A stretch of DNA of 64,000 nt from the human T2T-CHM13v2.0 reference genome, Homo sapiens. The DNA lies in assembly GCF_009914755.1 (NCBI RefSeq), contig NC_060948.1, one strand, 5' to 3'. This document shows, piece by piece, positions 44,054 through 58,126 of the stretch. Both the position numbers and the translations under genes were made by a program. The notes below the pieces were generated by a model. It saw only the letters and a program-made list of their open reading frames with translations, was not told the origin of the DNA and made no database searches. Every line of letters begins with the position of its first letter. The first letter of the stretch is position 1.

Positions 44054-44219
44054 GAAGGGAATGCTGCATCTGGTTTCTCTTGGACATGGCCTTATGCCCC
44101 TTTCCTCTTTACTTATTCTGATCTGTATCCTTTTTCTGTAACAAACAATAACAATAAGAATAACAGCTTCTAATGCAGTGATTCAGAATGTAAAAGTGGA
44201 CTTGGGAACGCCCAACACA
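44054..44219 (+). mobile_element. ERVL LTR 3' fragment (MER68/77-like)
   Basis: atctgtatcctttt..ataacagcttc..ttgggaacgcccaacaca. Confidence 0.5.
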
Positions 44220-44259
44220 AATATTTGAAAATTATAAATATTTGTGGTTAAAACAGATT

Positions 44260-44910
44260 GACTGAACCAGGTTTTTCACTGTGGTAGAAGAAAAATACAA
44301 ATATAAAATGTGTTAAATCAAGAATGAACCCTGGGGAATGGACTGGTATTAGAGGTATTAGTATAAAATATTTCTATCTGTGTATCTGTGTGTCTGTCTA
44401 TTTATCTATCTATGTATCTATCTATCCATCTGAACATATTCATGAAAGTGTATGTGTACATGTACATATGTGTATTAACAGGCATATATTTTCTATCCCT
44501 AGCACTGAGACAACCTAGAAGCAAAGTCATTCCAACAGCAATGGGCACAACTAACACCTAAATTTTGATTTCTAGTACTATTCTATAAGGAACGAGGGTT
44601 CCCTGACAGAAGCATCTGATTTCTGGCCTGCTGCAGTATGGGTCCAAAATAAACTTAGAACATCTTGATAGGTTGGGAATGTGGTACAATGAGAGAGGTT
44701 CTACCTTGAAAAATGTGTCACTGTCAAATCTGGGCAATTTAATACCAAAGTAAGTATAGTAATAAATTATAAACCAGTGGATAAATTATAAAAACCTACG
44801 AGTTCATCCTATTAATAAATAGATACATAAATAGAATATCAAGGAATAACCTATAAATAGAATTAGAAAATTATAATTTTGTAACTATTACAAAAGAGGG
44901 TTCATGCAAA
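44260..44910 (+). mobile_element. L1MC/MD-type 3' region relic
   Basis: atgaaccctgggga..ggactggtattagaggtatt..cctagaagcaa..gatttctagtac. Confidence 0.55.
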
Positions 44911-45755
44911 ATAGGCACTAATTCTCAGAGAATATTTTGGGTTTTTAAAAATTTTTTTACTTCAATAGCTTCTGGGGTACAAATGCTTTTGGCTACAAAG
45001 ATAGATTATATTGTGGTAAATTCTGAGGTTTTAATGCAACTCTCACCTAAATAGTGTTTATTATACCCAATATGTAGTCTTTTATCCCTCAAATCTCTTC
45101 CTCTCTCCCACGTCTGTGTCTCCAAAGCTCATTATATCACTGTGTATGCCTTTGCATTCTCATAGCTTAGCTCACACTTATAAGGGAGAACATATAGTAC
45201 TTGGCCTACCAAATTTCACTCAGAATAGTGGCCTCCAGCTCCATCAAAGCTGCTGCAAAAGACAATATTTTTCTTTTTATGGCTGAGTAGTATTCCATAG
45301 TGTAAATATACCCCATTTTTTAAAATCCACTAATTGGTTGATGAACACTTAGATTGGTTTTATATCTTTGCAATTGTAAATTGTGCTGCAATAAACATTC
45401 TTGTGCATGTGGCTTTTTCATATGATGACTTATTTTCCTTTGGGTAGATACCAAGTAGTAAGAATCCTGGATTGAATGGTAGATCTACTTTTAGTTCTTT
45501 AAAGAATCTTTACACTGTTTTCGATAGTTTGTACTAATGTACATTCCCACCAGCAGTTTAGAAGAATACCCCTTTCACCACATCCATGCCAACATCTTTT
45601 TTTCTTTCAACTTTTTAATAATGATCATTCTTACAGGAATATGGTGGTATTTTATTGTGGTTTTAATTTGCATTTCCCTGATAATTAATGATGCTGAGCA
45701 TTTTTTATATGTTTGTTTTCCACTTGGTTATCTTTTGAGAAATGTTTATTCATGT

Positions 45756-48700
45756 TGTGAAAGGAAAATAAATCTTGGGACCCCAAATTACTACAGTAAA
45801 GGGAAAAGTCAAGCTGGAAGCTGCTTAAAGAAAACCTGACTCCCATTCTATTCAAAGTCATCCCTCTGCTCACTGAGATAAATGCATTATCTGATTGCCT
45901 TCTTTGGAAAGGCTAAACAAAAACTCAAAAAAAAAAAAAATGCAACCACTTGTTTCTCACCTACTAATGACCTGGAAATCTCCTTCATGCTTTGAGTTGT
46001 CTCTCCTGAACCAACATACAACTTACACATATTGATTGATGTCTCATCAAAAATGTATAAAACCCATCCGTGCCCTCATCACCTTCGGCAATTCTCCTCA
46101 CAACCTCCTGAGGCTGCATCATGGGCATGCATCCTTAATTTTGGCAAAATAAACTTTGTAAGTTGACTGAGACCTGTCTCACATATTTTCAGTTTGTATT
46201 TGGTGACCAACGGAAGGAACTCTGAGTGGAGGTGGTCCTGACCTTTGACAAATCTCTTATGGGGGCTTGGTACCAGCTTGAGCTATCTTTATGGCTCAAA
46301 CCTATAAGACAATTTGCTGAGGCTTGGAAGCTACCCTCCCTCCAGAGGACCTCTAGTCTCCCAAAATTTGCTTGAAATCGACAGTTTATTTTGCTGTATA
46401 TCTCCTTCTCTGGAGTTTTACTTGCTTCCAACAATGAAGGCAAGATTTCCTGCTTCCATGAGGATGCAAAGCAGATAACTCTTTTCTGGAGTTTGAGCTC
46501 ACTTCTAAAAGGGAAGGCAAGTTGGAGGTTATTTTTTCTGCTTCTAGGATGGTAGAGAGCAGTCCTCAGCCTGAGACGCATCCCCATGTAAGTAGCTTAG
46601 TTGGGGTTTGGTCTCAGCTAAAGTTAAGATTAACAACCAGCTGGTCTTAATTTCTCATTACCATTACAGTGCTCAATCATTTCTTTGTTTTGCTTAACTG
46701 CTTTTTTTGTTGTTGTTGTTGTTACCTGTTTGTTTCTGTTTTGGTTGTTGTTTTCAGTCTTTTTCCCATTGGGTTTTACCAGCTCTATCTGACTTTATCA
46801 AATCTGAAGGAAAGTTCCAAATTATTGGGAAGAAGACATCTGAAGTGGCTAAATTTCTGCCAAAAAAAAAAAAAAAAAAAAAGTGGGGTGTGGAGGAAAA
46901 CGGCCAGCAAAAGAAATAAGGGAAGATTTATATTATGACTACTTAAGGGGCTTTATTTACATAACAAGGCCACCTTTTTGCTAGCCAAGCCAAACTGAAA
47001 GAGCAATGGCTGTTGCCCCATGCTGCAGTTCCATAGCTAAGGTTCTGGTTGCCCTTTTTTTTTTTTTTTGTCCACCAGGACAGCCTGTCTTGGTTCCTAA
47101 ATCAAGCCCTTTCTAGTTTGATACTCGTTACTTTTAAAATATTAGCAATTCGTTCTAGCTAAAATATAGCAAATAGATTTAAAAACATTTTTTAAAGGAA
47201 CGCAATGGTTAAAAGCCAGCTTAAAGTTAACATCCAAGATGTGTCTGTGTATGGGTGCATGTGTGTGTTTGTATTAAAAGGTCTTCATTTTTTTTCTTTT
47301 TCTCTCCTTGGACCTTGTCTTTTTTTTTGGAACAAAAGTTTTTTTCTTCTCAGCTGACTGAATTATGTTTCTCCATTTACTTCTGCTGTCTCTCCTTTCT
47401 CTTGCCACCCTCTGCTGCATGAGGGACCTAAAATAGTTTATAATAGCCTGGAATTTCTTAAAGAAAAAAAAAATGGGGGGAGATTGTGCCAGACTCCCTT
47501 TTGGGGCGTAACCTCTGTTTTTCTTTATGGTACTCCAAGTGTGTAAACAGACAAGTTTGGCTCAGATATTAAACTGCTTGTGTTAGCTGATTTTTGACTA
47601 AAATAGTTATTACAACAGAAGCTATTCTTGAGTTTTTAAAGAAGAGTGTAGTTTAGACACTTAAAAGTTTTTGTTTAAAATAATTTTTTTCAGTGCACTG
47701 TAAAAGCAACATGTGGTCTACCCTCATAATAATTCTCCCTTTTTGGAGCCCCAGGATTCAATGTGGGCTCTGCCTAGAGCTTAGGGATCCAATGAAAAGA
47801 TAGATAGTCCCTATCTAAAAACAAATGGGTCTCCTTATACAATCCTATATTTCTATAATTTCATGTTTGATTTGGCATCTATCTTTAATCTTTCTCTAGC
47901 ACCACAAGACTCTCTCTGTACTTTGAGATGTAAATTTTGCTATCTGATTTTTCACCAAAGAGTTCCTTTAATATGAACATTTAGGGCTATCTAGCTGACA
48001 ATTGCCTAGGGCAATAAAATAGGTTATCAAAAAATTGGAAATCTAAAATAGGAGAAAAAATAGAGGTCTAAATTTATAAGATCTACTTCTATCTACATGT
48101 CTAATACATCTGTGCATTTATGTGTCATGTATATGATGTTTCATACTAAAAATGTATAAAGAAGTTCTAATTAATTTGCTTACAAAAGCTTAAATCAAAT
48201 ACTTTGTCAGAAAAATAGAGGCTTTGAGCCTAATGCTTTTTAAAGTTCACATGACTTAAGTAAATCTTTATTAAATAAGCTGGTTTTTAGAATTTTTAAT
48301 GAAATAGAATTAGAAATGGCTTCAGAATTGTCAATGCACATTATTTATCTCTGCTATATATCAAAATTTGTCATGAGGTTTATAAAGCTATAAATGCAGC
48401 TCAAAAGAAAATTATACTTGTTTATGTAAAATTTAATAAATAACAGTTAATACTGTTTGGTTAATGAAAATAGCTAAATCCGGAGTTAACGGCAAAAAAA
48501 ATTATCTAAACTTAAATTTATTACTGAGGAAAACCTGAAATTCACAGGTTATAAACATAGACAACAAGGAAATAACTTTAAATAATTATCCCAGTTTTCA
48601 TAAGTAATCTGGGTAAACTATTTTTAAAAACTAATTAATTAGGTAAATGTAATGGAATAAATGCTTTTAGATAATCTTGCCTTATAATTTAAAATCTAAA

Positions 48701-49738
48701 GTTACATTAAGATAAATAATAGATATTCATTCAATGTCTAGGCCATTTGTATTTTTATGTAACAGAACACAGTTGGAGAAACTGGTTATTTTACCAAGGT
48801 TTTGACTGGAATAGAGTGCTTTCTTCTAAGGAATCAAACTTGACTTATAGAGCCAATAAAAGCCCCTTGAGAAATCTGGCCTTATACCTTGTCTACACAG
48901 TCCCTGTACAGGGCTCCTTATCTGTACTAAGTAAAGAATGTCACTTTCTGACAGGCCTGGGAGCTCCAAATTATCTTGGGATCTCAAGAGCAGAGGAATT
49001 TACCCGACTCATAGGTATTTGATGTTACAAAGCCATGGCTTGGCTCGACTTTAAAAAAGTTTTATCTGAGATTTCTTCTATGGAACGAAGTTTCATCAAA
49101 GCCAATTTTTAAAAAGCCCATTTAAAAAATAATTATTCTTCCTGCACTTTTCTATAATCAGACCAAGTATAATAAAGCAAGTAAAATAGAATTGAAAAAT
49201 GGGAAACTGAAGAGAGAAAAATTATGTTTCAAAAACTATAGCAAACTTGTTAGATTCTAGTCTTGCCTAATGTTTTTACATTTTTATTATTTTGTACAGT
49301 TTGGACTGAATTCTAATTTTTCCTGGCTATAAGTCTCCAAAATAACATTTTTATATTTTTTCCTTCTTTCTTTTCTTTTCCCTCAATTTTTTTCTAATTT
49401 GAAATCATTGAATATTAAGCTGTGCTTTCTTAAATCCCTGCAAACAGAAGCCATACAACTTAAACTGCAGAAGAAAATAACAGCAACCTATTTACATGTA
49501 TAAGCCACTTTTATACCTACCTACTAATGTATGGCAGAGTAATATGGCCTATATCAACTTTCCAGGATTTCTATTTTTTGTTCATTTTTTTTTCTCTCTT
49601 TCTCCCTCTATTATCTCTTCCTAGAACATTGGACTTCACAACCTGCTAAAAATGAGTTTGTCTAATAACATGGGACCTACCCATCTAGAAATAAACCACC
49701 CTGGCCATGAGAAATAAGAGGAAACCTGAGACCAGAGA

Positions 49739-49785
<47 letters not shown>

Positions 49786-50267
49786 TTTCTCTGAAACACT
49801 TTATAAAGGGGAGAAATATAAAAGGAAAATGAATCTTGGGCCTCAAAATAACTACACTAAAGGGAAAAGTCAGACTGGAAACTGCTTAGGGCAAATCTGA
49901 CTCCCATTCTATACAAAGTCACCCCTCTGCTCACTGAGATAAATGCATATCTGATTGCCTCCTTTGGAAAGGCTAATCAGGAAATCAAAGAAATGCAACT
50001 GTTTGTCCTTCACCCACTTATGACCTGGAAACCCCAGCCCTGCTTTGAGTTGTTCCACCTTTCTGGGCTGAACCAATGTACAACTTATATATGTTGATTG
50101 ATGTCTTATGTCTCCCTAAAAATGTATAAAACCAAGTTGTGCTCTTATCACCTTGGGCACATGTCACTGGGACCTCCTGAGGCTGTGTCATGGGCACATG
50201 TCCTTAACTTTGGCAAAAGAAACTTTCCAAATTGACTGAGAACTGTCTCAGATATTTTGAGTTCACA
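45756..50267 (+). mobile_element. Two-LTR MER4A provirus with no coding capacity: 5'LTR 45756-46198, internal region, 3'LTR 49817-50267
   Basis: Perfect TSD ATGT; degenerate tRNA-Arg-type PBS TGGTGACCAACGGAAGGA at about 46201; PPT AAAGGGGAGAAA at 49805-49816; GTAAGT donor at 46588. Confidence 0.92.
49740..49783 (+). repeat. Pure A44 tract
   Basis: Directly visible. Confidence 0.95.
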
Positions 50268-50990
50268 ATGTCAATTGCCAACTTTTTAACGGCATTATTT
50301 GTTTTTTTCTTGCTAATTTGTTAAAGTTTCTTGTAGATTCTGGACACTAGTTCTTTGTTTACCATATAGTTTGCAAATATTTTCTCCCATTCTGTGTGTT
50401 GTCTGTTTTTTTCTGATGATAATTTCTTTGGCTTTGCAGAAGCTTTTTAATTAAATTTGGTCCCACGTATTTATTTTTGTTTTTGTTGCATTTGCTTTCA
50501 GGGGCTGATATGGTTTGAGTCTGTGTTCCCACCAAATCTCATGTCAAATTGTAATCTCCAGTGTTGGAGGCATGAATGGATTAACATCACCCTTTCAGTG
50601 CTACTCTTGTGATAGTGAGTGAGTGTTGAGTGAGTGAGTGAGTGAGTGAGTGACTTATTGGATGATCTGGTAATTTAAAATCATGTAGTCCCTCTTCCCT
50701 CCCTCTCTTTCTCCTGCTTCAGCCATGAGAAGTGCTGGCTTCCCCTTCACTTGTCACCATGATTGTAAGTTCCCTGAGGCTTTCCTAGAAGATTATGCTG
50801 CCATGATTTTATACAGCTTGCAGAACCATGAGTCAATTAAACCTCTTTTCTTTATAAATTACCCAGTCTCAGGTATTTCTTTATGACAATGCAAGATTGA
50901 ACTAATAAAGGAAATTGGTACCAAGGAGTGTGGCATTGCTATCAAGATACGTGAAAATGCAGAAGCAATGTTGGAATTATGTAACAGTCA

Positions 50991-51346
<356 letters not shown>

Positions 51347-52497
51347 CTAGAGACTGCTTAAACTGGGATCAAAATGCTGATGGTAATATGGACCGTGAAA
51401 GCCAGGCTAAGGAGGTCTCAGATGAAGATGAGGAACTTTTTGAGAACTGGAGCTAAGGTCACTTTTGTTATGCCTTAGCAAAGAAGCTGAAGGAATTTTG
51501 CCCCTGCCCTAGGATTTTGAGAAACTTTGAACTTGAGAGAGTTGAGATAGATGATTTAGTGTATTGGGTGGAAGAAATTTCTGAGCAGCAGAGTGTCCAA
51601 AATGTGACCTGGCTGCTTCTAACCACCTAAGTTTATACATGTGAACAGACAAATGGCCTGAGACTGGAACTTATATTTAAAAGGGAAGCAGAGGATAAAA
51701 GTTTGGAAAATTTGCAGCTCACTTAGGTGATAGAAAAGAAAAGCCAATTTTCAGGGGAGTAATTCAAGCAGGCTGTAGAAATCAGCATAACTAAAAGGAA
51801 GGCAAGCAGTTATATCTAAGACAATGGGGAAAAGGCCAACAAAGCGTTTCAGATTCCTTCATTGCAGCCCCTTTAATTACATGCCCTGAGACTTAGGAGG
51901 GAATAATGATTTCCAGGGCTGGTCCCAGGGCCCCACTGCCCTATGCAGCCTCAAGACACTGTTCCCTGCATGCTAGTTACTTCAGTTCCAGCCATCCAGC
52001 CATAGCTCAAAGGAGTTCAGGTAAAACTCAGGGTGCTGCTTCAGAGGGTGCAAGCCATAAGCCTTGGCAGCTTTCATGTGGTGTTGAAGCCTGTGGGTGC
52101 ACAGAGTGCAAGAGTTGAGAATTTGGAGCCTTCACCTAGATTTCAGAAGATGTATGGAAAAGCCTGAATGTCTAGGCAGAAGCCTGCTGCAGTGGCAGAG
52201 CCTTATGGGCAACCTCTAATAAAGAAGCATTAAGGGGAAATGTAGGGTTGTATCCCCTACCTGGAGTCCCCACTGAGGCATTGCCTAGCAGAGATGTCAA
52301 AAGAGGACCAGCATCCTCCAGATCCCAGAATGGTTGATATGCTGGCAGCTTGCACTGTGCTTCTGGAAAAGCTGCAGAGCCTGTAAGAAGCAGCTGTGGG
52401 GGCTGAACCTGGAAATTCACAAGTGTGGGGCTGTCCAAGGCCTTGGGAGCACACCCTTTGCACCAGTATGCCCTGTATGTGAGACATGGAGTCAAAG

Positions 52498-53153
52498 TGT
52501 TACCAGGAGGTCCTTGCTCCCAGAGCTCCCAAGATGGCGGTGGGTCACTTCCAAAATGGCCACGGGCCACTTCCAAGATGGTAGCAAGCCTCGTGTTCTC
52601 TGACATGGGGTTCTTGGCCTCACGGATTCCAACGAAAGAAATCTTGGGCCATGCAGTGAGTGTTATAGCTCTATTAGAAGCTGTGGGTCACGGAAGAGAA
52701 CCGTGGAACCCAGTGACTAGTGTTCAGCTTGATTAGAATGAACCCGGGCACTTAGCAGTGCAGGAACAATGGCAAGCCTTTAGCCCAATCAGAAGCAGCA
52801 ATGGGCGCCTCACTGGATCAGGAGCACAGTGAACACCCTGCCTCATCTGGACGGATGGAAGTCAGCGGTGGGTCTGCGAGGGCAGCAAACAGCAGTGGTG
52901 GACAGCGAGCGAAAGCTCAGCTTAAGCCGTAACAAACACGGACCAGAAGAGTGCAGTTGCAAGATTTAATAGAGTGAAATAGAGTGAAAACAGCTCTCAT
53001 ACAAAGGGAGGGGACCCAAAGAGGGTAGCTGTTGCGGGCTTGAATGCCTGGGTTTATGTCCCAATCATTGTCCCTCCCACTGTGCTCTCAGGTGATAGAT
53101 GATTGGCTATTTCTTTACCTCCTGTTTTTGCCTAATTAGCATTTTAGTGAGCT
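52498..53153 (-). mobile_element. LTR17 (HERV-W) LTR with truncated U3
   Basis: Reverse complement agctcactaaaatgctaattaggcaaaaacaggagg...gggagcaaggacctcctggtaaca. Confidence 0.92.
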
Positions 53154-53367
53154 AGATTATTTTGGAGCTTTAAGGTTTAATGACTGCCCTGTTGGGTTTT
53201 GGACTTCATGGGTCCTGCAGCTCCTTTCTTTGGCCAACTCTTCCACTTTAAAATGGAAGTATCTATCAAATGCTTGTATCACCATTGTATCTTGGAAGTA
53301 AATAACTTGTTTTTGATTTTAGAGGCGTATAGGTGGAAGACACTTGTCTTATCTCAGATGAGACTCT

Positions 53368-53768
53368 TTTCACTCGCGTCCATGTGAAGAGACCACCAAA
53401 CAGGCTTTGTGTGAGCAACGAGGCTGTTTATTTCACCTGGGTGCAGGTGGGCTGAGTCCAAAAAGAGAGTCAGCAAAGGGAGATAGGGGTGGGGCCGTTT
53501 TATAGGATTTGGGTAGGGAGTGGAAAATTACAGTCAAAGGGGGTTTTTCTCTGACTGGCAGGGGCAGGGGACACAAGGTGGTCAGTAGGGGAGCTTTTGA
53601 GCCAGGATGAACCAGGAGAAGGAATTTCACAAGGTAATGCCATCAGTTAAGGCAGGAACAGGCCATTTTCACTTCTTTTGTGATTCTTCAGTTACTTCAG
53701 GCAATCTGGATATACACATGCAGGTCACAGGGGATATGATGGCTTAGCTTGGGCTCAGTGGCCTGATA
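53368..53768 (-). mobile_element. LTR7 (HERV-H) solo LTR
   Basis: Homologous to 36048-36506; TSD ACTCT/ACTTT. Confidence 0.94.
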
Positions 53769-54489
53769 ACTTTAAACTTTAGACTTTTGAGTTAATGCTG
53801 GAATGAGTTAAGATTCTGGGGAACTGTTGAGGAGGAATAATTGTATTTTGAAATGTGAGAAGGACAGGAGATTTGGAGAGGCCACAGTCAGAATAATAAG
53901 GTTTGGATCTGTGTTTCCCCAAATCTCATGTCTAATTGTAAGCCCCAGTTTTGAAGGTGGGACCTGGTGGGAGGTGACTGGATCATGGGGGCAAAGTTCT
54001 CATAAATTGTCTAGCACCATTTCCTCAGTGCTGTTCTTATGATAGGGAGTGAGTTATTATGAGATCTGCTTGTTTAAAAGGGTGTAGCACCTCTTTGCTT
54101 TCTTCCTCCTACTCCAGCCTTGTGTTGTGCTGGCTCCCATTTCAACTTTTTCCATGAGTGTAAGTTCCCTGAGGTCTTCCCAGAAGCTGATGTCACCATG
54201 CTTCCTGTACAGTATGCAGAACCAAGAGCCAATGAGGCCTCTTTTCTTTATAAATGTTCTGGCCTCAGGTATTTCTTTATCACAATGGGAGAAGAGACTA
54301 ATACAGGAAATTGGTCATGAATTCTCTGCTTAGGCCAATATCCAGAAGAGTTTTTCCAAGGATATATTCTAGAATTGTTATGGTTTCAGGTCTTAGATTT
54401 ACATCTTTCATTCATCTTGAGTTGATTTTTGTATAAGGTGAAAGATAGGTATCCAGTTTCATTCTTCTACATGTGGCTAGCCAGTTTTC

Positions 54490-54808
54490 TTTTGTCTTTC
54501 TTTGTTTTTTTGTTTGTTTGTTTCTGAGATGGAGTCTTGCTCTGTTGCTCAGGCTGGAATGTCGTGGCATGATCTTGGCTCACTGCAACCTCTGCCTCCC
54601 AGGATCAAGCAATCCTACCGCGTCAGCCTCCTAAGTAGCTGGGATTACAGGCACATGCCACCACACCCGGCTAATTTTTTATATTTTTAGTAGAGACAGG
54701 GTTTCACCATGTTGGCCAGGCTGGTCTCGAACTCCTGATCCCAGGTGATCCACCTGCCTCAGACTCCCAAAGTGCTTGGATTACAGGTGTGAGCCACCGC
54801 ACCCAGGC
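54490..54808 (-). mobile_element. AluSx-like
   Basis: Full antisense Alu; degenerate TSD TGGCT..AGTTTTC. Confidence 0.93.
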
Positions 54809-55259
54809 TGGCTCGTGAGTTTTCTAAGCACAATTTATTAAATAGAATGCCTTTTCTCTATTTTATGTTTTTGTATGTTATATCAAATATCAGTTGTTTA
54901 TAAGTATCTGACCTTATTCCTGAGTATTCTCTTCTGTTTCACTGGTCTGTGTGCCTACTTTTATAAAAGTATCATGCTATTTTGGTAAATACAGCCTTGT
55001 AATATAACTTGTAGTCTGGTTGTGTAATATTTCCAAATATGTTCTCTTTCCTTAGCATTCCTTTGCCTATTAAGGCTCTTTTTTGATTCCATATAAATTT
55101 TAAGATTGTTTTGTCTAGTTCTGTAAAAAATAATGTTGGTATCTTGATGGAAATTGCATTTAATCTGTAGATTGCTTTGGGCAGTGTGGTGATTTTCAGA
55201 ATATTGATTGAGTTTCTATCCATGAGCATCAGATGCATCTACATTTGTTTGTGTCATCT

Positions 55260-55563
55260 TTTTTTTGTTTTGTTTTGTTTTTGAGATGGTGTCTCATTCT
55301 GTCGCCCATGTTGGTGTGCGGTAGCATGATCTTGGCTCACTGAAACCTCCGTCTCCTGGGTTTAAGTGATTCTCCTGCCTCAGCCTCCTGAGTAGCTGGG
55401 ACTACAGGCGTGTGCCACCATGCCCGGCTAATTTTTTGTAGTTTTAGTAGAGACAGGGTTTCACTGTGTTAGCCCAGATGGTCTTGATCTCCTGACCTCG
55501 TGATCTGTCTGCCTCATCCTCCGAAAGTTCTGGGATTACAGGCGTGAGCCACTGTGCCCAACC
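55260..55563 (-). mobile_element. AluSc/Y-like
   Basis: Full antisense Alu; TSD TGTCATCT. Confidence 0.93.
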
Positions 55564-57629
55564 TGTCATCTCAGTTTTCTTCCAGCAATGTTTTGTATTT
55601 CTCCTTCTACAGATTCTTCACTTTCTTGTTTACTTATATTCCTAGATATTTTTATATTTTTTCAGCTATTGTAAAAGAGACTTCTTGATTTGATTTTCAG
55701 CTTGGTCACTGTTGGTGTATAGCAGTGCCATTGATTTGTGTACATTGATTTTACATCCTGTGACTTCACTATATTTGTTTATCGAATCTAGGATTCTTTT
55801 GGAGGAATCTTTAGGGTTTTATAGGTATAAAATTATATCATTAGCAAATGGCGATAGTTTCACTTTCTCTTTTCCAATTGGGATGCCCTATGTTTTTTAT
55901 CCTGCCGGATTGCTCTGGCCAGAACTTCCAGTACTCTGTTGAACAGAAGTGGTCTAAGTGGGTATCCTTTTCTTATTCCAGTTCTTAGGGTAAATCATTA
56001 TATTCAGTGTGATGTTGGCTGTGGGTTTGTCATATATGGCTTTTATTATTTTGAGATAAGTTCATTCTATGCCTAGTTTGTTGAGTGTTTTTATCATAAA
56101 GTGATACAAGATTTTATGGTGCTTTTTCTGCTTATATTTAGATAATTGTATAATTCTTTTTAGTTCTGTCTATGTGATGTGTCACATTTGTTGACTTGTG
56201 TATGTTAAGCCATCCTTGTATGCCTGAGATGAAACATAATTGATCATGGCATATTATCTTTTTGGTGTGCTGTTGGATTAGGTTAACTAGTATTTCTTTG
56301 AGAATTTTTGCATTTATGTTCATGAAGAAAATTTGTCTGTAGTTTCCTTTTTTTGTTATGCTCACTACTGGTTTAGGTATGAGGGTGATACTGGGTTCAT
56401 AGAATAACTTAGAGAAGATTACCTCTTTCTCAATCCTTTGGAATAGTTTCAGTAGAATTGGTACTAATTCTTCTTTGAGTGTCTGATAAAATGTAGCTCT
56501 AGATTTATCTGGCCATGGGCTTATTTTTTTCTTGGCATTTTAAAAAAATTACTGATTAAATCTTGCTGCTTGTTATTGGTTTGTTCAGGGTTGCTATTCT
56601 TTCCTCCTTTATTCTAGGAGGGTAGTATGTTTCCAGGACTTTATCTATTTCCTCTAGATTTTCTAGTTTGTGTACATAGAAATGTTCACAGTAGTCTTGA
56701 ATGGTCTTTTGTATTTCTATATTATGTTGGTTGTATGTATTTCTATATTGTGTTGATATTGTATGTTGGCTGTAAAGTCTCCAGTTTCATTTCACTATAG
56801 CTCATTTGAAATTCTCTTATATATTGGTTAATCTAGCCAACGGCTTATCAATTTTGTTTCTTTTCAAAGAAGCAGCTTTTTGTTCTATTGATCTTTTGGG
56901 ATTTTTTGTTTTAATTTCATTTAGTTCTGCTCTAATCTTTATTTCTTTTCATATGTTAGCTTTGGATTTGTTTTGCTCTTGTTTCTCTAGTTTCTTGAGG
57001 TGTGAAATTAGGTAGTCAGTTTGTGTCCTTTCAGACTTTTTGATGTAGGCATTTAGCACTGCAAATGCTCTTAGCAGTGCTTTTGCTGTTTTGTAGGGAT
57101 TTTCATAACTTTTGTCACTATTATCATTCATTTTGATGTTTACATTTTTAAATTTTCATCTTGACATTATTGTTAACCTAAAAATTATTTAGGAGGAGAT
57201 TGTTTAATTTCCATGGATTTGTGGTTTCTTTTGGAGTTGATTTTTTATTCTATTTTACTGTGGTCTGAGAAGATATTTGATATAATTTTAATTTTTTAAA
57301 ATTTATTGAGACTTGTTTTGTGGCCAATCATATGATGTATCTCAAAGAATGTTCTATGTGCTGATGAGAAGAATTCATATTCTGTAGCTCTTTGATAGGA
57401 TATTCTGTAAATATGTGTTAGGTTCTGTCTCAGATACTTTTCAGTTTACACTAGCTAATATTGGCAACAATATTGTTTTGAGTGTTGTTTATATATGTAG
57501 TCATAAAGCTCACAGCTCACATTTATTTGGGGGAATATGTATTTTTTTCATTAAACACACGAAATATAAACAATGAAAATTTATTTTAATATTGATACAT
57601 CTTGAATTTCATAATGGGGCAGAATAAGT

Positions 57630-58126
57630 TAGGTTAGATGGCAATACTGACTGGATCCCTTGTTTGAAGCCCTGCAGGCTCCATCCCTAGCACCCTTCTG
57701 TGTCAGCACCTAACTCTTTTGCAAGATAAGCAGTCCCACAGGATACCAGCAGAGTGCAAGATAGTTACAAGGTTCTGATACCTGATATAGGTCCAGGAAA
57801 AAGAACAAAAACTCCTTATTCCTGATGTATCTTCTCCAATATCCAGCCAATCTGCACAAGAATCCCAAGAAATTAATAGCTACAAATTTCTGCCTTGGAG
57901 CTAAGAATTTTCTTTTTCTTTCTTTGTCCTACTTGCTCAGGTGGGCTCAAGGTTTAGCTTATAGTGACTGTTTTCTCATTTTAACAGTAAAACACACCTT
58001 TACGTGCAGGTTTTATATGCTAATAACACATGTGATGTATGTTAGAGTTTGTAGATGCTGAGTGCATGTGCCAACTGCAGATCTGCCTTTGCATAGCTTA
58101 CCTCACCAGTATTTTATAAATATGTA
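57630..58126 (+). mobile_element. ERVL LTR fragment (MER54/73/74-like), cut by the L1 that follows
   Basis: ttttatatgctaataacacatgtgatgtatg..cctcaccagtattttataaatatgta. Confidence 0.45.

Noticed and set aside
46199-49816. gag/pol/env in the MER4 provirus
   Set aside because: The internal region is AT-rich, has only short ORFs and shows no retroviral protein motifs.
52498-53153. HERV-W processed pseudogene
   Set aside because: It retains part of U3 and all of U5, with no polyA tail or internal sequence, which is not the R-U5...U3-R structure of an L1-processed copy.
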